Shown: piece after piece, positions 25,007 through 36,161 of the stretch
Layout of the letters: each line of letters starts with the position of its first letter
Numbering within the stretch: position 1 is the stretch's first letter
Source of the DNA: Phormidesmis sp.
GTDB lineage: Bacteria > Cyanobacteriota > Cyanobacteriia > Leptolyngbyales > Leptolyngbyaceae
DNA length: 64,000 bases
Direction of reading: 5' to 3'
Assembly: GCA_965248535.1 (NCBI GenBank)
Contig: CBDFJR010000002.1
Location: 1,376,001 to 1,440,000 of the forward strand
Notes under the pieces: model-generated
The model's input: the letters and a program-made list of their open reading frames with translations, nothing else
Database searches by the model: none
What the model was told of the DNA's origin: nothing
Position numbers and translations under genes: made by a program

Positions 25007-26260
25007 ATGACCAACTTCAACCCATCAGACGAGAAAGCTAAGAAAGAATCCCCAATGCGGGGCACCCCTGCCTCTCCACCCCCGCCGCCCCCTGCTCAAC
25101 TGGCAACTCCGCGCTCAAAACTCGCTGGCGCTCGGCTGACGATCGAGCAGATGGTTAGAGATGCCCATGCGCGCCAAGCGTCTGATATTCACATTCGCGT
25201 CGGTGAGCCGCCCCGGTTGAGAATTCGAGGTCAAATTGTCCGGTTGTCAGATCATGTTGCTGTGTCTGCTGAACTGTTTGAAACCTATCTGGCTGAAATG
25301 CTGAGTGAGCAGCAAAAAAAGCAGTTTGTTGAGAAAAAAGAGCTAGACACCGCCATCTACTATCCAGGCTTTTTGCGCTGTCGGGTTAACTGTTTTGAGA
25401 CATTGACGGGTGGAGCGATCGTGCTGCGTTTGATTCCCCTTGATGTGCCGTCAATTGATGGGTTGGGGCTGCCACAAGTGCTTAAGCATTTGGTCACCTA
25501 TCCGCAGGGTCTGATTTTGGTGACTGGGCCCACTGGGTCGGGCAAGTCTACCTCGATCGCGGCGATGATTCGAGAATTAAATGAGTCAGACAGCCGCCAC
25601 ATTGTGACGATCGAAGACCCGATTGAATATGTCCACGCGTCGGGCAAATGTTTGATCAGTCAGCGAGAAGTCGGGCTGCACACCCACGAATTTCACGAAG
25701 CGCTGCGGGCCGTTTTGCGAGAAGACCCTGATGTGATTTTGATCGGGGAAATGCGCGATCGCGTCACGGTCGATACGGCCCTCAAAGCAGCGCAGACCGG
25801 GCACCTGGTTTTAGGAACGCTGCACACCAAGAGCGCGATCGGCACGGTTAACCGACTGCTCAATATCTACAACCCCGATGAGCAGCAGGCAATGCGGACT
25901 CAGATTTTAGAGTCTCTAATCTCGGTGGTTTCTCAGCAGTTGTTGCCGACCACAGACGGCAGACGCACTGCCGTCCACGAAGTTTTGCTGAACACTGCTG
26001 CGATGCAAGATTATTTACTCAAAGGTCAAGAAACGGATGCTTTCCAGTTGATGGAGACGGACACCAATGAGGGAATGCAGGTGATGAACCAAGCCCTTTG
26101 TGAACTGATTTTGTTGGGGAGGATTAGTCCTGATGATGCGGTGAAAGCGTCTCCTGATGCGGGAGACCTGCGTCGCCGAGTTCGCAATGAGGGCTACGAT
26201 CCGGCTCGGTCTTCTAATCGGGAGTTTGACCCGACAGCGCGGGAATATAACCCGGTTTAG
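25007..26260 (+). CDS. pilT: Type IV pilus retraction ATPase (PilT2-like, Pro-rich N-terminus)
   Basis: ASDIH; GPTGSGKST; TIEDPIE; LREDPDVILIGEMRD; TGHLVLGTLHT. Confidence 0.93.
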   Translation: MTNFNPSDEKAKKESPMRGTPASPPPPPPAQLATPRSKLAGARLTIEQMVRDAHARQASDIHIRVGEPPRLRIRGQIVRLSDHVAVSAELFETYLAEMLSEQQKKQFVEKKELDTAIYYPGFLRCRVNCFETLTGGAIVLRLIPLDVPSIDGLGLPQVLKHLVTYPQGLILVTGPTGSGKSTSIAAMIRELNESDSRHIVTIEDPIEYVHASGKCLISQREVGLHTHEFHEALRAVLREDPDVILIGEMRDRVTVDTALKAAQTGHLVLGTLHTKSAIGTVNRLLNIYNPDEQQAMRTQILESLISVVSQQLLPTTDGRRTAVHEVLLNTAAMQDYLLKGQETDAFQLMETDTNEGMQVMNQALCELILLGRISPDDAVKASPDAGDLRRRVRNEGYDPARSSNREFDPTAREYNPV

Positions 26261-26275
26261 ATGTGTGGGTCGCGA

Positions 26276-26305
26276 AAAAAGGGGCTACTTGCGTGGCCCC
26301 TTTTT
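26276..26305. terminator. Bidirectional terminator between pilT and typA
   Basis: AAAAAGGGGCTAC-ttgc-GTGGCCCCTTTTT. Confidence 0.8.
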
Positions 26306-26363
26306 GATGGGAATTTGTGCAATTCCCGGTTTGGTGATTTTGGAGGTGGTTGGTTGGTGGGGG

Positions 26364-26388
26364 AGGGCATGGCGTGCCATGCCCCTAC
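26364..26388 (-). repeat. GTAG-type REP element
   Basis: Minus strand reads GTAGGGGCATGGCACGCCATGCCCT, the same family as the REPs inside the Y1 transposase. Confidence 0.75.
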
Positions 26389-26462
26389 CGGGTTTCGCGT
26401 TTTTTGGTCGGGCATTGCCGGACTTTTTTGCGGCTCTATCGGTTTTCCTAATCAAATTCGCC

Positions 26463-28259
26463 CTATTTTTTGGCGAGCTTTTTCGCTTTGGCGACTTTGC
26501 GGAGGCGGATTGACTTGGGCGTGACTTCTAGCAACTCGTCTCCACCGATGTACTCTAGCGCTCGTTCGAGGCTCATGTCGATCGGTTCTTTTAGCTGCAC
26601 CAGTTCTTCACCGCCAGAAGCCCGGTGGTTGGTCAACTGTTTTGCTTTGCAGACGTTTAACTCTAGGTCTTGTTGACGGTTGTGCTCACCGAGCACCATT
26701 CCCCGATAGACTTTAACGCCGGGTCTGATAAAGAAGACTCCGCGATCTTCGGCGTTTTGCATTGAGTAGAAGGTGGCAACCCCTTCCTCAAAGGAGATCA
26801 GAACGCCGTTGCGTCGCGTCTCGATTTCGCCGCTAATCGGGCGGTAGTCTAAGAAACTGTGGTTCATGATGCCTGCGCCGCGAGTCATGCGCATAAACTC
26901 GCCCCGGAAGCCAATCAGACCTCGTGCCGGAATCACAAACTCTAGCTGGGTGCGCGATGCGGTGCCGACCTGCATATCCTGCATTTCGCCTTTGCGCTGA
27001 CCCAACCGCTCAATGCAGCCGCCAACCGATTCTTCAGGCACGTCTAGGACGAGAGTTTCAAACGGCTCACAGGGTTGACCGCTGACTTCACGATAGATGA
27101 CTTGAGGCTGAGACACTTGGAACTCGTAGCCTTCACGTCGCATGGTTTCGATCAAAATGCCGAGGTGCAGTTCACCACGACCTGAGACCGCCAGTTTGTC
27201 AGGAGAGTCGGTTTCTTCGATGCGGAGAGCAACGTTGGTTTCAAGCTCACGGAACAGGCGATCGCGCAACTGTCTTGAGGTGACAAAATCGCCTTCTTGA
27301 CCCGCAAACGGCGAATCGTTGACAGAGAAATTCATCCGCAAGGTGGGTTCGTCAACTTTGATCAGCGGCAACGCTTGAGGATTGTTAGGATCGGTAATCG
27401 TTTCGCCGATGTTAGCGTTGGCAAACCCGGCCACCGCAACGAGGTTTCCGGCCGTCGCTTCTTCAATGTCGATGCGCTTCAACCCTTCAAAGCCCATTAG
27501 CTTTGAGATTTTAGCTTTGACGATCGCGCCTGTATCGGTGACGATCGCTGCTTGCTGCCCGACGCGAATCGTGCCGTTGTGAATCTTGCCGATCACAATC
27601 CGACCCAGATAATCGGAGTAGTCTAAGGTCGTGACTTGCAGTTGCAGGGGCTTGGAGGCATCGCCAACGGGGGGGGGAACGTGGCGCAGAATCGCATTAA
27701 ACAGCGGCTGCATATCAGACGACTCTTCTTCAAGGGTTTCTTTAGCAAACCCTGCCATGCCCGAACCAAACAGATAAGGGAACTCGCACTGAGCATCGTC
27801 AGCACCCAGTTCTAAAAAGAGATCTAATACTTTATCGACAGCGACGTGAGGGTCAGCGCGGACTCGATCAATTTTGTTGATAAACACGATCGGGCGCAGC
27901 CCTTTTTCTAGGGCCTTTTTGAGCACAAAGCGGGTCTGAGGCATTGGGCCTTCGTTGGCATCGACGATCAGCAGACAGCCATCTACCATGCCCAACACGC
28001 GCTCAACTTCGCCGCCAAAGTCAGCGTGCCCCGGCGTATCGACAATATTGATCAGCGTCTCTTTGTAGTGAACTGCCGTATTTTTAGACAGAATGGTGAT
28101 GCCGCGCTCTCGCTCAAGATCGTTAGAGTCCATCACGCAGTCTGGAACCGTCTCCCCTTCTCGGAACGTCCCAGATTGTTTGAGCAGTGCATCCACGAGC
28201 GTTGTTTTGCCGTGGTCAACGTGGGCAATGATAGCAACGTTGCGAATCGGGAGAGTCAT
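26463..28259 (-). CDS. typA: Translational GTPase TypA/BipA
   Basis: [34 protein letters not shown]. Confidence 0.98.
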   Translation of the reverse strand: MTLPIRNVAIIAHVDHGKTTLVDALLKQSGTFREGETVPDCVMDSNDLERERGITILSKNTAVHYKETLINIVDTPGHADFGGEVERVLGMVDGCLLIVDANEGPMPQTRFVLKKALEKGLRPIVFINKIDRVRADPHVAVDKVLDLFLELGADDAQCEFPYLFGSGMAGFAKETLEEESSDMQPLFNAILRHVPPPVGDASKPLQLQVTTLDYSDYLGRIVIGKIHNGTIRVGQQAAIVTDTGAIVKAKISKLMGFEGLKRIDIEEATAGNLVAVAGFANANIGETITDPNNPQALPLIKVDEPTLRMNFSVNDSPFAGQEGDFVTSRQLRDRLFRELETNVALRIEETDSPDKLAVSGRGELHLGILIETMRREGYEFQVSQPQVIYREVSGQPCEPFETLVLDVPEESVGGCIERLGQRKGEMQDMQVGTASRTQLEFVIPARGLIGFRGEFMRMTRGAGIMNHSFLDYRPISGEIETRRNGVLISFEEGVATFYSMQNAEDRGVFFIRPGVKVYRGMVLGEHNRQQDLELNVCKAKQLTNHRASGGEELVQLKEPIDMSLERALEYIGGDELLEVTPKSIRLRKVAKAKKLAKK

Positions 28260-28416
28260 AGAAAAGGTTCCAGTTGAAAAGGATTAAGAAGTTTGCGTTA
28301 GAGGGCTTCGATTGCCATCACGGTTTGGCATCATGCGTCGAAAATAGTAAAGAAGCCTTAATAATTCTATCTTAGCGGTTACCTAAATAGATGACCCGTC
28401 AAGGTGCAATATTAAG

Positions 28417-28872
28417 TCACGCGTTGGGCAAGGCGAGAATGCGCTGGGCAATTTCTAACGCGATCGGCATCACCGAAAGGCGATTGCCTGGTCTAACAAC
28501 GAGCAGGTCATCGGGTGAGAACTGCGATCGTAGCGTGTCTAAGGAAACTAAATGGGGCAGTTCTTCGACAAATTCAACACAGACGGTTTGCCAACGGGGT
28601 GACTCGTTTGTAGACTTCCTATCGAAATAGGGGCTAGCGGGGTCAAACTGCGTTGGGTCTGCCATGTCTGCTTCAACCACTTTCATCACGCCAGCGATGC
28701 CTGGAGGGGTAGCATTTGAATGGTAGAAAAAGGCTAGATCGCCCGGCTGCATTGAGCGCAGGAAGTTGCGCGCCTGATAATTTCGCACCCCGTCCCAAAT
28801 CGTTTGACGATCGCGCTTTAGGTCAGCGATCCCATAGACATCAGGTTCAGATTTCATCAACCAGTAATTCAT
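28417..28872 (-). CDS. EVE-domain protein
   Basis: YWLMKSEP; WDGVRNYQARN; FFYHS; RLSVMP. Confidence 0.95.
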   Translation of the reverse strand: MNYWLMKSEPDVYGIADLKRDRQTIWDGVRNYQARNFLRSMQPGDLAFFYHSNATPPGIAGVMKVVEADMADPTQFDPASPYFDRKSTNESPRWQTVCVEFVEELPHLVSLDTLRSQFSPDDLLVVRPGNRLSVMPIALEIAQRILALPNA

Positions 28873-29002
28873 GGCAAAAACTCTCTGCTAAGGCGATTTA
28901 GAAGTCTAGCGGAAGCGCACCAAAAAACGGGCTTTGTCATAGGAAACCGCTTTTTTAAATCACAACCTGTTATAAAGGTTTCGGAGAGGAGTGAGCACAA
29001 GC

Positions 29003-29824
29003 ATGAACCTACGCAAAGACGCATTAGAGATTCTTAAAGAGACGAGTCGGACGTTTTATATTCCCATCAGTCGGTTGCCATCGGGCTTGCAGGCAGCCGT
29101 TTCGTCGGCTTATTTGTGTATGCGGGCGATCGACGAAATTGAAGATGACCCCGACTTAGAAAATGCCATCAAAGCCAAAATTCTCAGAGAAATCAGTCTG
29201 ATTTTGCAGTCTGGCACCGTTGGGTTTAAAGAGGGTGATTTTGACTCAGCCTTTGGAATCTACGCCGATCGACTCCCTGAAGTCTCGCTGAGAATCGGTG
29301 AATGGGCGACCTTGGCTCCGGCTGATATTGCGCCCCGCATTTGGGAATCGACCGCAGCGATGTCAGACCGAATGGCGCACTGGGCAGACTGCAATTGGCA
29401 CATTGAGACCGAGACGGATCTCGATCGCTATACCTTCAGTGTGGCGGGGTCGGTGGGTCTGCTGCTCTCAGACCTATGGAGTTGGCATGACGGCACCCAA
29501 ACCGATCGAATGGAAGCGATCGGGTTTGGTCGCGGCTTGCAGGCGGTCAACATTCTTCGCAATCACGGCGACGATCTGACGCGTGGCGTTGACTTCTATC
29601 CTCACGGGTGGACGAGTGACGATCTGCAAACCTATGCCCGTCGCAACATTCAGTTAGCCGATGCTTATACCGCTTCGCTGCCGTTAGGAAGTCCGGCTTC
29701 TGATTTTTGTCAGATCATTCTAACGCTGGGTCATGCCACGTTAGACGCGATGCTGCACGGCTCTGAGAAGCTCAGTCGCAGTCAAGTGATAGATCTCGTT
29801 CAGCAGGTGACGAGCGCGAGTTAA
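29003..29824 (+). CDS. sqs: Squalene synthase (squalene/phytoene synthase family)
   Basis: TSRTFYIPI; YLCMRAIDEIED; YT..VAG.VG; GLQAVNILRN. Confidence 0.8.
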   Translation: MNLRKDALEILKETSRTFYIPISRLPSGLQAAVSSAYLCMRAIDEIEDDPDLENAIKAKILREISLILQSGTVGFKEGDFDSAFGIYADRLPEVSLRIGEWATLAPADIAPRIWESTAAMSDRMAHWADCNWHIETETDLDRYTFSVAGSVGLLLSDLWSWHDGTQTDRMEAIGFGRGLQAVNILRNHGDDLTRGVDFYPHGWTSDDLQTYARRNIQLADAYTASLPLGSPASDFCQIILTLGHATLDAMLHGSEKLSRSQVIDLVQQVTSAS

Positions 29825-29870
29825 AGAATCTGGGTGGGCAATCTGGTCGTAGACCCTAGCACCAGATTGC

Positions 29871-30569
29871 ATGGATTACAGCGCCGACATCCACCATCGT
29901 CGATCGATTCGGTTAAAGAGACACGACTATTCAGAGCCAGGTGCCTACTTCATCACCCTTTGCACCGACCAGCGATCGTATTTATTTGGCACGATCATCA
30001 ACGGCGAGATGCAGTTGAATGATTATGGCGCGATCGCCGCCGATTGTTGGCATCAAATTCCGCAGCATTTTCCCCATGTGGCGTTGAGTGCGTTCGTCGT
30101 GATGCCCAACCACATTCACGGCATCATCGTCGTCACCCGTAGGGGCACGGCAATGCCGTGCCCTCCTCCAGACGATCGCGCCCATTCCCCCAACCCCATT
30201 GGCGAGTCGATCGCCGGGTCGCCCAAATTTCAACCCGATCGTCAACCCAAATTTCAACCCGATCGTCAACCCAAATTTCAACCCGATCGTCAACCCGACA
30301 ACGGCGAAGAGGGCACGGCAATGCCGTGCCCGTACTACGAGCGAAAATTTGGTGAGTCGATCGCCGGATCGATCCCAACGATCGTGGGTTCCTATAAATC
30401 TGCGGTAACCAAAAAAATTAATCTTCTTCGTCACGCACCGGGCACCCCGGTTTGGCAACGCAACTACTACGATCGCATCATTCGTGACCAACACGCACTC
30501 ATTACCATTCAAAACTACATCGTCAATAACCCCCGATCGTGGATGACCGATCGCTTTCGTCGCTGCTGA
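29871..30569 (+). mobile_element. REP-associated tyrosine (Y1, IS200-like) transposase
   Basis: RRSIRL..DYS..GAYFITLCT; HUH motif MPNHIHGI; WQRNYYDRIIR; YIVNNP..W. Confidence 0.92.
30139..30335. repeat. Inverted REP pair with an internal 3 x 24-nt tandem repeat, inside the transposase
   Basis: GTAGGGGCACGGCAATGCCGTGCCCT at 30139-30164; inverted copy at 30310-30335; CCCAAATTTCAACCCGATCGTCAA x3 at 30222-30293. Confidence 0.9.
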
Positions 30570-30677
30570 CTTCGGCAATACCCCTACAACGAGGTGTAAA
30601 CACCGCCCTTCCGGAAATCGCTCATCTCTCTACAATAGCGATATCAAGATAAAACTCTAAAGACACAGGGGGACGCG

Positions 30678-33302
30678 ATGCAGCCAACCAACCCCGATCA
30701 ATTTACCGCCAAAGCCTGGGAAGCGATCGTTCGCACCCCAGAAATTGCCAAGCAACATCAGCAGCAGCAGATCGAAAGCGAGCACCTGATGCGCGCCCTG
30801 CTAGAGCAAGATGGGCTAGCCACCAGCGTCTTTAAAAAGCTGGGGATCAATTTGCAGCGGTTGCGCGATCGCACCGACGAATTTATTAACCGTCAGCCCA
30901 AAATCTCTAGCAGTGGGGGATCGGTCTATCTCGGTCGCAGTTTAGACACGCTGTTTGATCGAGCCGAAGACTATCGCAAGCAGTTTGCTGATGAGTTCAT
31001 CTCGATCGAGCATCTGCTGCTGGGCTATGCCAAAGACGATCGGTTTGGCAAAGGACTATTTGCAGAATTTAAGCTTGACGAAACTAAGCTCAAAGATACG
31101 ATCAATCAGATACGAGGAAGTCAAAAGGTGACGGATCAAAACCCGGAAGGCAAGTATGAAGCGCTCGAAAAATATGGACGAGATCTCACGGAGTATGCTC
31201 GTCAAGGCAAACTCGATCCGGTGATCGGGCGAGATGATGAGATTCGGCGCACGATTCAAATTCTGTCGCGACGGACGAAGAATAACCCGGTGCTGATTGG
31301 CGAACCGGGCGTGGGCAAAACCGCGATCGCCGAAGGACTAGCCCAGCGAATTATCAAGCGAGACGTGCCGGAATCGTTGCTCGATCGCAAACTGATTGCC
31401 CTAGATATGGGTTCTCTGATTGCTGGCGCGAAATATCGGGGCGAATTTGAAGAGCGCTTGAAGGCCGTTCTCAAAGAGGTCACGGAATCTCAAGGCACGA
31501 TTATTTTATTCATCGACGAAATTCACACTGTAGTGGGTGCAGGGGCAACTCAGGGCGCAATGGATGCCGGAAACCTGCTCAAGCCAATGCTGGCAAGGGG
31601 TGAACTTCGATGTATCGGGGCAACGACGTTAGATGAATATCGGAAGTACATTGAAAAAGACGCAGCGCTAGAGCGAAGATTCCAGCAAGTCTATGTTGAT
31701 CAGCCCAGTGTCGAAGAGACGATCTCGATTCTTCGGGGTCTGCGAGAACGCTATGAACTTCACCACGCAGTCACAATCGCTGATAATGCTTTAGTGGCAG
31801 CCGCTGTGCTTTCGACTCGATATATTAGCGATCGCTTCCTCCCCGACAAAGCGATCGATCTCGTAGACGAAGCCGCTGCCAAGCTAAAAATGGAAAACAC
31901 GTCTAAGCCAGACGAGCTAGACGAAATCGATCGTAAAGTCTTGCAGATGGAGATGGAGCAGCTTTCTTTGAAAAAAGAGACTGACCCGACATCCCTCGAT
32001 CGCTTAGAGCGGCTCGATCGTGAACTGGCAGACCTCAAAGAAGAACAAAGTCACTTGAGTGCTCAGTGGCAGGCTGAGAAGAGTGGCAGAGACCAGATCA
32101 AGGAGTTGAAGGAAGAGATCGATCGGATCAACCTTGAAATTGAGCAGGCAGAACGTGATTATGACCTCAATAAAGCGGCTGAATTGAAGTATGGGACTCT
32201 CACCGATTTAAATCGCCGACTTCAAGAAGCAGAAGCTCAAACGGCTCAAACTAAGAAAAGTGGTTCGTCTCTGCTGCGCGAAGAGGTCACCGAAGCGGAT
32301 ATTGCTGAGATCATCTCAAAGTGGACGGGCATTCCTCTCAGCAAGCTGGTTGAGTCGGAAATGCAAAAGCTGCTGCACTTAGAAGACGAACTGCATAACC
32401 GTGTGGTGGGTCAAGATGAAGCGGTGACGGCCGTGGCGGATGCGATTCAGCGATCGCGGGCCGGCCTTGCTGATCCCAATCGACCAACGGCGAGTTTCAT
32501 CTTCTTAGGGCCCACGGGTGTAGGCAAAACTGAACTTGCAAAAGCCCTAGCCGTCTACCTCTTTGACACCGAGGAATCGATGGTGCGAATCGATATGTCG
32601 GAGTATATGGAGAAGCATTCTGTCTCTCGTCTGATCGGTGCGCCTCCGGGCTATGTCGGCTATGAAGAAGGCGGACAGTTGACAGAGGCGGTGCGTCGTC
32701 GTCCGTTCTCGGTGATTTTGTTTGACGAAATTGAGAAAGCGCACCCGGATGTGTTTAACGTCATGCTGCAAATTCTCGACGATGGGCGCGTCACAGATTC
32801 TCAGGGTCGTCGGGTGGATTTTAAAAACTCCATCATCATCATGACCAGCAATATCGGGTCGCAATATATTTTGGATCTGGCTGGCGATGACACGCAATAT
32901 GAAGAGATGCGATCGCGGGTGATGGATGCGATGCGATCGAGCTTCCGTCCTGAGTTTCTCAACCGCATTGACGAAATCATCATCTTCCACAGTTTGAACA
33001 AAGCTGAGTTGCGCGAGATTGTCAAACTGCAAGTGCAACGGCTTGAGAAGCGACTGGCAGACCGGAAGATGTCGCTCAAACTGTCTGACTCGGCGCTAGA
33101 TTTCTTAGCAGAGGTGGGCTTTGACCCAGTGTTTGGAGCGCGTCCGCTTAAGCGGGCGATTCAGCGCGAGTTAGAGACTCAGATCGCTAAGTCAATTTTG
33201 CGAAGTGAGTTTAACGAGGGCGACACGATCTTTGTCGATGTTGGTGAAACCGAGCGGTTAGAGTTTCGGCGCTTGCCGTCTGAAGTGTTGACCACTCAGT
33301 AA
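30678..33302 (+). CDS. clpB: ATP-dependent chaperone ClpB
   Basis: Two AAA+ modules ([16 protein letters not shown]); middle coiled coil; GARPLKR. Confidence 0.98.
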   Translation: MQPTNPDQFTAKAWEAIVRTPEIAKQHQQQQIESEHLMRALLEQDGLATSVFKKLGINLQRLRDRTDEFINRQPKISSSGGSVYLGRSLDTLFDRAEDYRKQFADEFISIEHLLLGYAKDDRFGKGLFAEFKLDETKLKDTINQIRGSQKVTDQNPEGKYEALEKYGRDLTEYARQGKLDPVIGRDDEIRRTIQILSRRTKNNPVLIGEPGVGKTAIAEGLAQRIIKRDVPESLLDRKLIALDMGSLIAGAKYRGEFEERLKAVLKEVTESQGTIILFIDEIHTVVGAGATQGAMDAGNLLKPMLARGELRCIGATTLDEYRKYIEKDAALERRFQQVYVDQPSVEETISILRGLRERYELHHAVTIADNALVAAAVLSTRYISDRFLPDKAIDLVDEAAAKLKMENTSKPDELDEIDRKVLQMEMEQLSLKKETDPTSLDRLERLDRELADLKEEQSHLSAQWQAEKSGRDQIKELKEEIDRINLEIEQAERDYDLNKAAELKYGTLTDLNRRLQEAEAQTAQTKKSGSSLLREEVTEADIAEIISKWTGIPLSKLVESEMQKLLHLEDELHNRVVGQDEAVTAVADAIQRSRAGLADPNRPTASFIFLGPTGVGKTELAKALAVYLFDTEESMVRIDMSEYMEKHSVSRLIGAPPGYVGYEEGGQLTEAVRRRPFSVILFDEIEKAHPDVFNVMLQILDDGRVTDSQGRRVDFKNSIIIMTSNIGSQYILDLAGDDTQYEEMRSRVMDAMRSSFRPEFLNRIDEIIIFHSLNKAELREIVKLQVQRLEKRLADRKMSLKLSDSALDFLAEVGFDPVFGARPLKRAIQRELETQIAKSILRSEFNEGDTIFVDVGETERLEFRRLPSEVLTTQ

Positions 33303-33370
33303 TATAGGGTTGAGGGTAGGCAAAGTCCTGCCCTTTTTGTTGATACCTGATCCCGATCGCTTCGACCTTC

Positions 33371-34363
33371 ATGCCGCAAACCCTATCTTTTGAAGAATTT
33401 CTCAACGCTCCTGGAATCATTTTGGATGCTAGAAGTCCGGCTGAATATGCTCAAGGGCACATTCCCCAAGCCGTCAGCTTTCCCCTGTTTAGCGACGACG
33501 AACGGGCACAGGTTGGCACTTGCTATAAGCAACAGGGCAGAGAGGTCGCGATCGAGCTTGGCTTAACACTCGTCGGTTCAAAACTGGCTCAGTTTGTGCA
33601 GACTGCTAAAAAACTGTCGCCCGATCGCCGAGTTCGGCTCCACTGCTGGCGCGGCGGAATGCGAAGCAGTAGTTTAGCGTGGCTCCTTGAGACGGCAGGA
33701 ATGGAGGTTTCTTTGCTGGAAGGGGGATACAAAGCATTTCGGCAGTGGGTGCGATCGACGTTGGCAACTCCGCAAGCGATCGTGACTCTGGGCGGCATGA
33801 CGGGCACCGGGAAAACTATTCTGCTCAACGCTTTGGCAGATCGAGGCGAGCAGATTCTTGACTTAGAGCATCTGGCCAATCATCGCGGCAGCAGCTATGG
33901 CAGTTTGGGTCTACCGCCGCAGCCAAGCAATGAGCACTATGAAAATCTGCTGGCGATGCAGTGGGTGAAGCTCGATCGTCACCGTCCCGTGTGGATCGAA
34001 GCCGAAAGCCGTCGCGTCGGATCGTGTCGCGTGCCCGATGAGATTTTTTCGCAGATGATTGAGTCGCCTGTGGTGCAGGTTGAGCGATCGCGCCTCGAAC
34101 GCATCAATCTGTTGCGAGAAGTCTATGGCTCGGCTGACTCTGAAGAACTGATTGCGGCAACTGAGCGAATCAGCAAAAAGCTGGGCGGACAGAATGCACA
34201 GGCAGCGATCGCTTATATCCGTCAGGGTAACTTAGCACCCGCTATTGACATCGTTCTGAACTATTACGATAAAAGCTATTTGTTTGATTTGAAGAAGCGA
34301 TCGGTTCCGATTTATCCAGTCGATGTCTCTGAATGTCTGTCGATGAAAGCGTCGATCGACTGA
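33371..34363 (+). CDS. mnmH: tRNA 2-selenouridine synthase (extreme C-terminus possibly frameshifted)
   Basis: Rhodanese DARSPAEY..GHIP; CWRGGMRS; GMTGTGKT; LANHRGS; EAES. Confidence 0.93.
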   Translation: MPQTLSFEEFLNAPGIILDARSPAEYAQGHIPQAVSFPLFSDDERAQVGTCYKQQGREVAIELGLTLVGSKLAQFVQTAKKLSPDRRVRLHCWRGGMRSSSLAWLLETAGMEVSLLEGGYKAFRQWVRSTLATPQAIVTLGGMTGTGKTILLNALADRGEQILDLEHLANHRGSSYGSLGLPPQPSNEHYENLLAMQWVKLDRHRPVWIEAESRRVGSCRVPDEIFSQMIESPVVQVERSRLERINLLREVYGSADSEELIAATERISKKLGGQNAQAAIAYIRQGNLAPAIDIVLNYYDKSYLFDLKKRSVPIYPVDVSECLSMKASID

Positions 34364-34436
34364 TTGAAGCATCCAAAAAAATCTCTGTAGAAAATCAATC
34401 TGAATTCACACCAGAACTATTAATTAAGAGGTGACT

Positions 34437-34808
34437 ATGGAGTTATCAATCAACCACGATCGCTTGCGAATTGATCTCAACTTTTGGGAGCGAATCTGGG
34501 CGTTTTTCTTTAATCAAACGCTTGATATTCCGCTTAATCATATTCGTCAAGTCACGATCGCCAAGCCTGAAATTGACTGGAAAGCGGTGCGATTGCCTGG
34601 CACATTTGTCCCCGGTGTGATCAAAGCGGGCACCTATTACACCAGTCAAGGGCGAGAGTTCTGGATTGTTACTCGTGACGAAGATTATTTAACCCTTGAA
34701 CTCAACGACGAGTTTTATAAGAGGATTGTTTTGACGATCGAGCAGAGTCAGATGTGGCACGATCGGATTAACCAAGAGAAGGGCACGATCGAGCAAGTCA
34801 ATCACTAG
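34437..34808 (+). CDS. Hypothetical protein (PH-like beta fold suspected)
   Basis: R.PGT.VPG.IKAGTYY...REFW pattern; GAGG RBS. Confidence 0.8.
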   Translation: MELSINHDRLRIDLNFWERIWAFFFNQTLDIPLNHIRQVTIAKPEIDWKAVRLPGTFVPGVIKAGTYYTSQGREFWIVTRDEDYLTLELNDEFYKRIVLTIEQSQMWHDRINQEKGTIEQVNH

Positions 34809-34872
34809 TTGTGTGGTGTCAGGGATCAGTGATTTCTGGAGTTGTGATGGATGGATAGGCGATCGTGACACT

Positions 34873-35138
34873 AACAATGACTCTTTTGATCTCAAGCTTG
34901 ACTCTCTAACACTCAATAATGACTCTCGAATACTCGACGATGACTTTCTGACACTCAAGCTTGATTCTCGAATACTCAATGATGACTTTCTGACACTCAA
35001 TGATGATTCTCGAATACTCGACGATCACTCTCGAATACTCAACGATCACTCTTTCTATCCCAAGCTTAACTCCTTTGATCTCAATGACAACTCTTTTGAT
35101 CTCAAGCTTGACTCTCGGATATTCAATGATGACTCTTT
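34873..35138. repeat. Degenerate 21-nt tandem repeat array (about 12 units)
   Basis: Units such as AATGATGACTCTCGAATACTC and AAGCTTGACTCT recur with a 21-nt period. Confidence 0.8.
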
Positions 35139-35180
35139 GATAAGTAGAGAGGCTCAATTAAACATAAAACGTCGAAAAAG

Positions 35181-35272
35181 ACCCTCACCCCAGCCCTCTC
35201 CCAAGCTGAGAGAGGAAGCAAGAGGCCGGTTCCCCTTCCCCTATTTTGAGAGAAGTGGTTAAGTGATGGGGG
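35181..35272. repeat. Degenerate CCCTCACCCC..CCCTCTCCC palindromic dispersed repeat
   Basis: CCCTCACCCCAGCCCTCTCCCAAG..GAGAGAGG, followed by an inverted second half ..GAGAGAAGTGGTTAAGTGATGGGG. Confidence 0.5.
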
Positions 35273-35325
35273 TCTTCAATTTAATTGCTCCCACCTACTT
35301 AAAGACTGCATTTTTTGCCCTGGGA

Positions 35326-35631
35326 ATGAGTAACGAAAATCCAAAGATGCGTGAGTTTTTAATTAACTGCCTTGATGATGACTGGGCGATAGATTACAGG
35401 CAGTGGTCAAGAGCATTTCATCCTAACTCGATCGCCTTTAGAAATCTGCCAGGAACCCAACATCGTATAGAGATTAATGGAGTTTCCATTTACTTTGCTC
35501 ATGAATGTCCTGGGATTCATGTCTGTGTTGAAGGTGAGCTATCAAATGTAATTACATACCAAATTATGGAAGAGGTGTTGAGCAACCTACAGCAATTGAC
35601 AGGACAACAAGGTCAAATTATCGAGCTTTGA
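35326..35631 (+). CDS. Hypothetical protein
   Basis: AT-rich ORF; start is uncertain. Confidence 0.45.
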   Translation: MSNENPKMREFLINCLDDDWAIDYRQWSRAFHPNSIAFRNLPGTQHRIEINGVSIYFAHECPGIHVCVEGELSNVITYQIMEEVLSNLQQLTGQQGQIIEL

Positions 35632-35720
35632 CCCACCAGTCTATACATCTTGTCAAAGCAGCATATCTTTGATAGCGTCCTGTTAAACTGCAAGTAAGAT
35701 TCAGTAGATTATGTGGACTC

Positions 35721-35948
35721 ATGAGGTCGATCGAAGAGCTAACTGAGGAACTTTTGTCTCTACCCAATGCGTATAGGGCGCTTCTAGCCGAGAAGCTGGT
35801 AGAAAGCTTGGAATTTGACCCTGATCCCTCAATTCAGGAGGCGTGGACAGCAGAGGCAAAGCAGCGACGCGATGAAGTGATAAACGGGAATATCCAACCT
35901 ATTGCCGGAGAAGATGCCTTAGCTCAAATGAGGCAGATCCTTAAGTAA
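35721..35948 (+). CDS. Addiction-module antitoxin (no adjacent toxin)
   Basis: L.LP...RA.LAE.L.ESL....I.EAW..EA..R pattern. Confidence 0.85.
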   Translation: MRSIEELTEELLSLPNAYRALLAEKLVESLEFDPDPSIQEAWTAEAKQRRDEVINGNIQPIAGEDALAQMRQILK

Positions 35949-35976
35949 ACTCCTGAAAGCTATGGCCTAATCGAGG

Positions 35977-36020
35977 ATAACTTTGACACTCTTTAGAAAA
36001 TAACTTTGACACTCTTTAGA
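35977..36020 (+). repeat. 21-nt direct repeat x2
   Basis: ATAACTTTGACACTCTTTAGA at 35977 and 36000. Confidence 0.9.
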
Positions 36021-36027
36021 GACTAAT

Positions 36028-36160
36028 AGACCTCCTACACGAATCCGGGAACGCCCCCCTAAATCCCCCAGAATGGGGGATTTAGGGGGCACCAGCCGAC
36101 CTTAACGTAGCGCGATCGCAGAGCACTTTGTCCCTAGAATTCTATTCATGCAGGAAGTCT
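36028..36160. mobile_element. MITE-like element (133 bp)
   Basis: 17-bp TIRs AGACCTCCTACACGAAT and AGACTTCCTGCATGAAT (reverse complement); internal CCCCCTAAATCCCCC..GGGGGATTTAGGGGG hairpin. Confidence 0.7.
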
Positions 36161-36161
36161 G

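Noticed and set aside
29982..30578. 198-aa ORF antisense to the transposase
   Set aside because: Shadow ORF; the plus strand carries all the Y1 motifs.
34813..35262. 149-aa ORF and antisense ORFs over the 21-nt repeats
   Set aside because: The open frames are explained by repeat periodicity, and there is no convincing RBS or domain.
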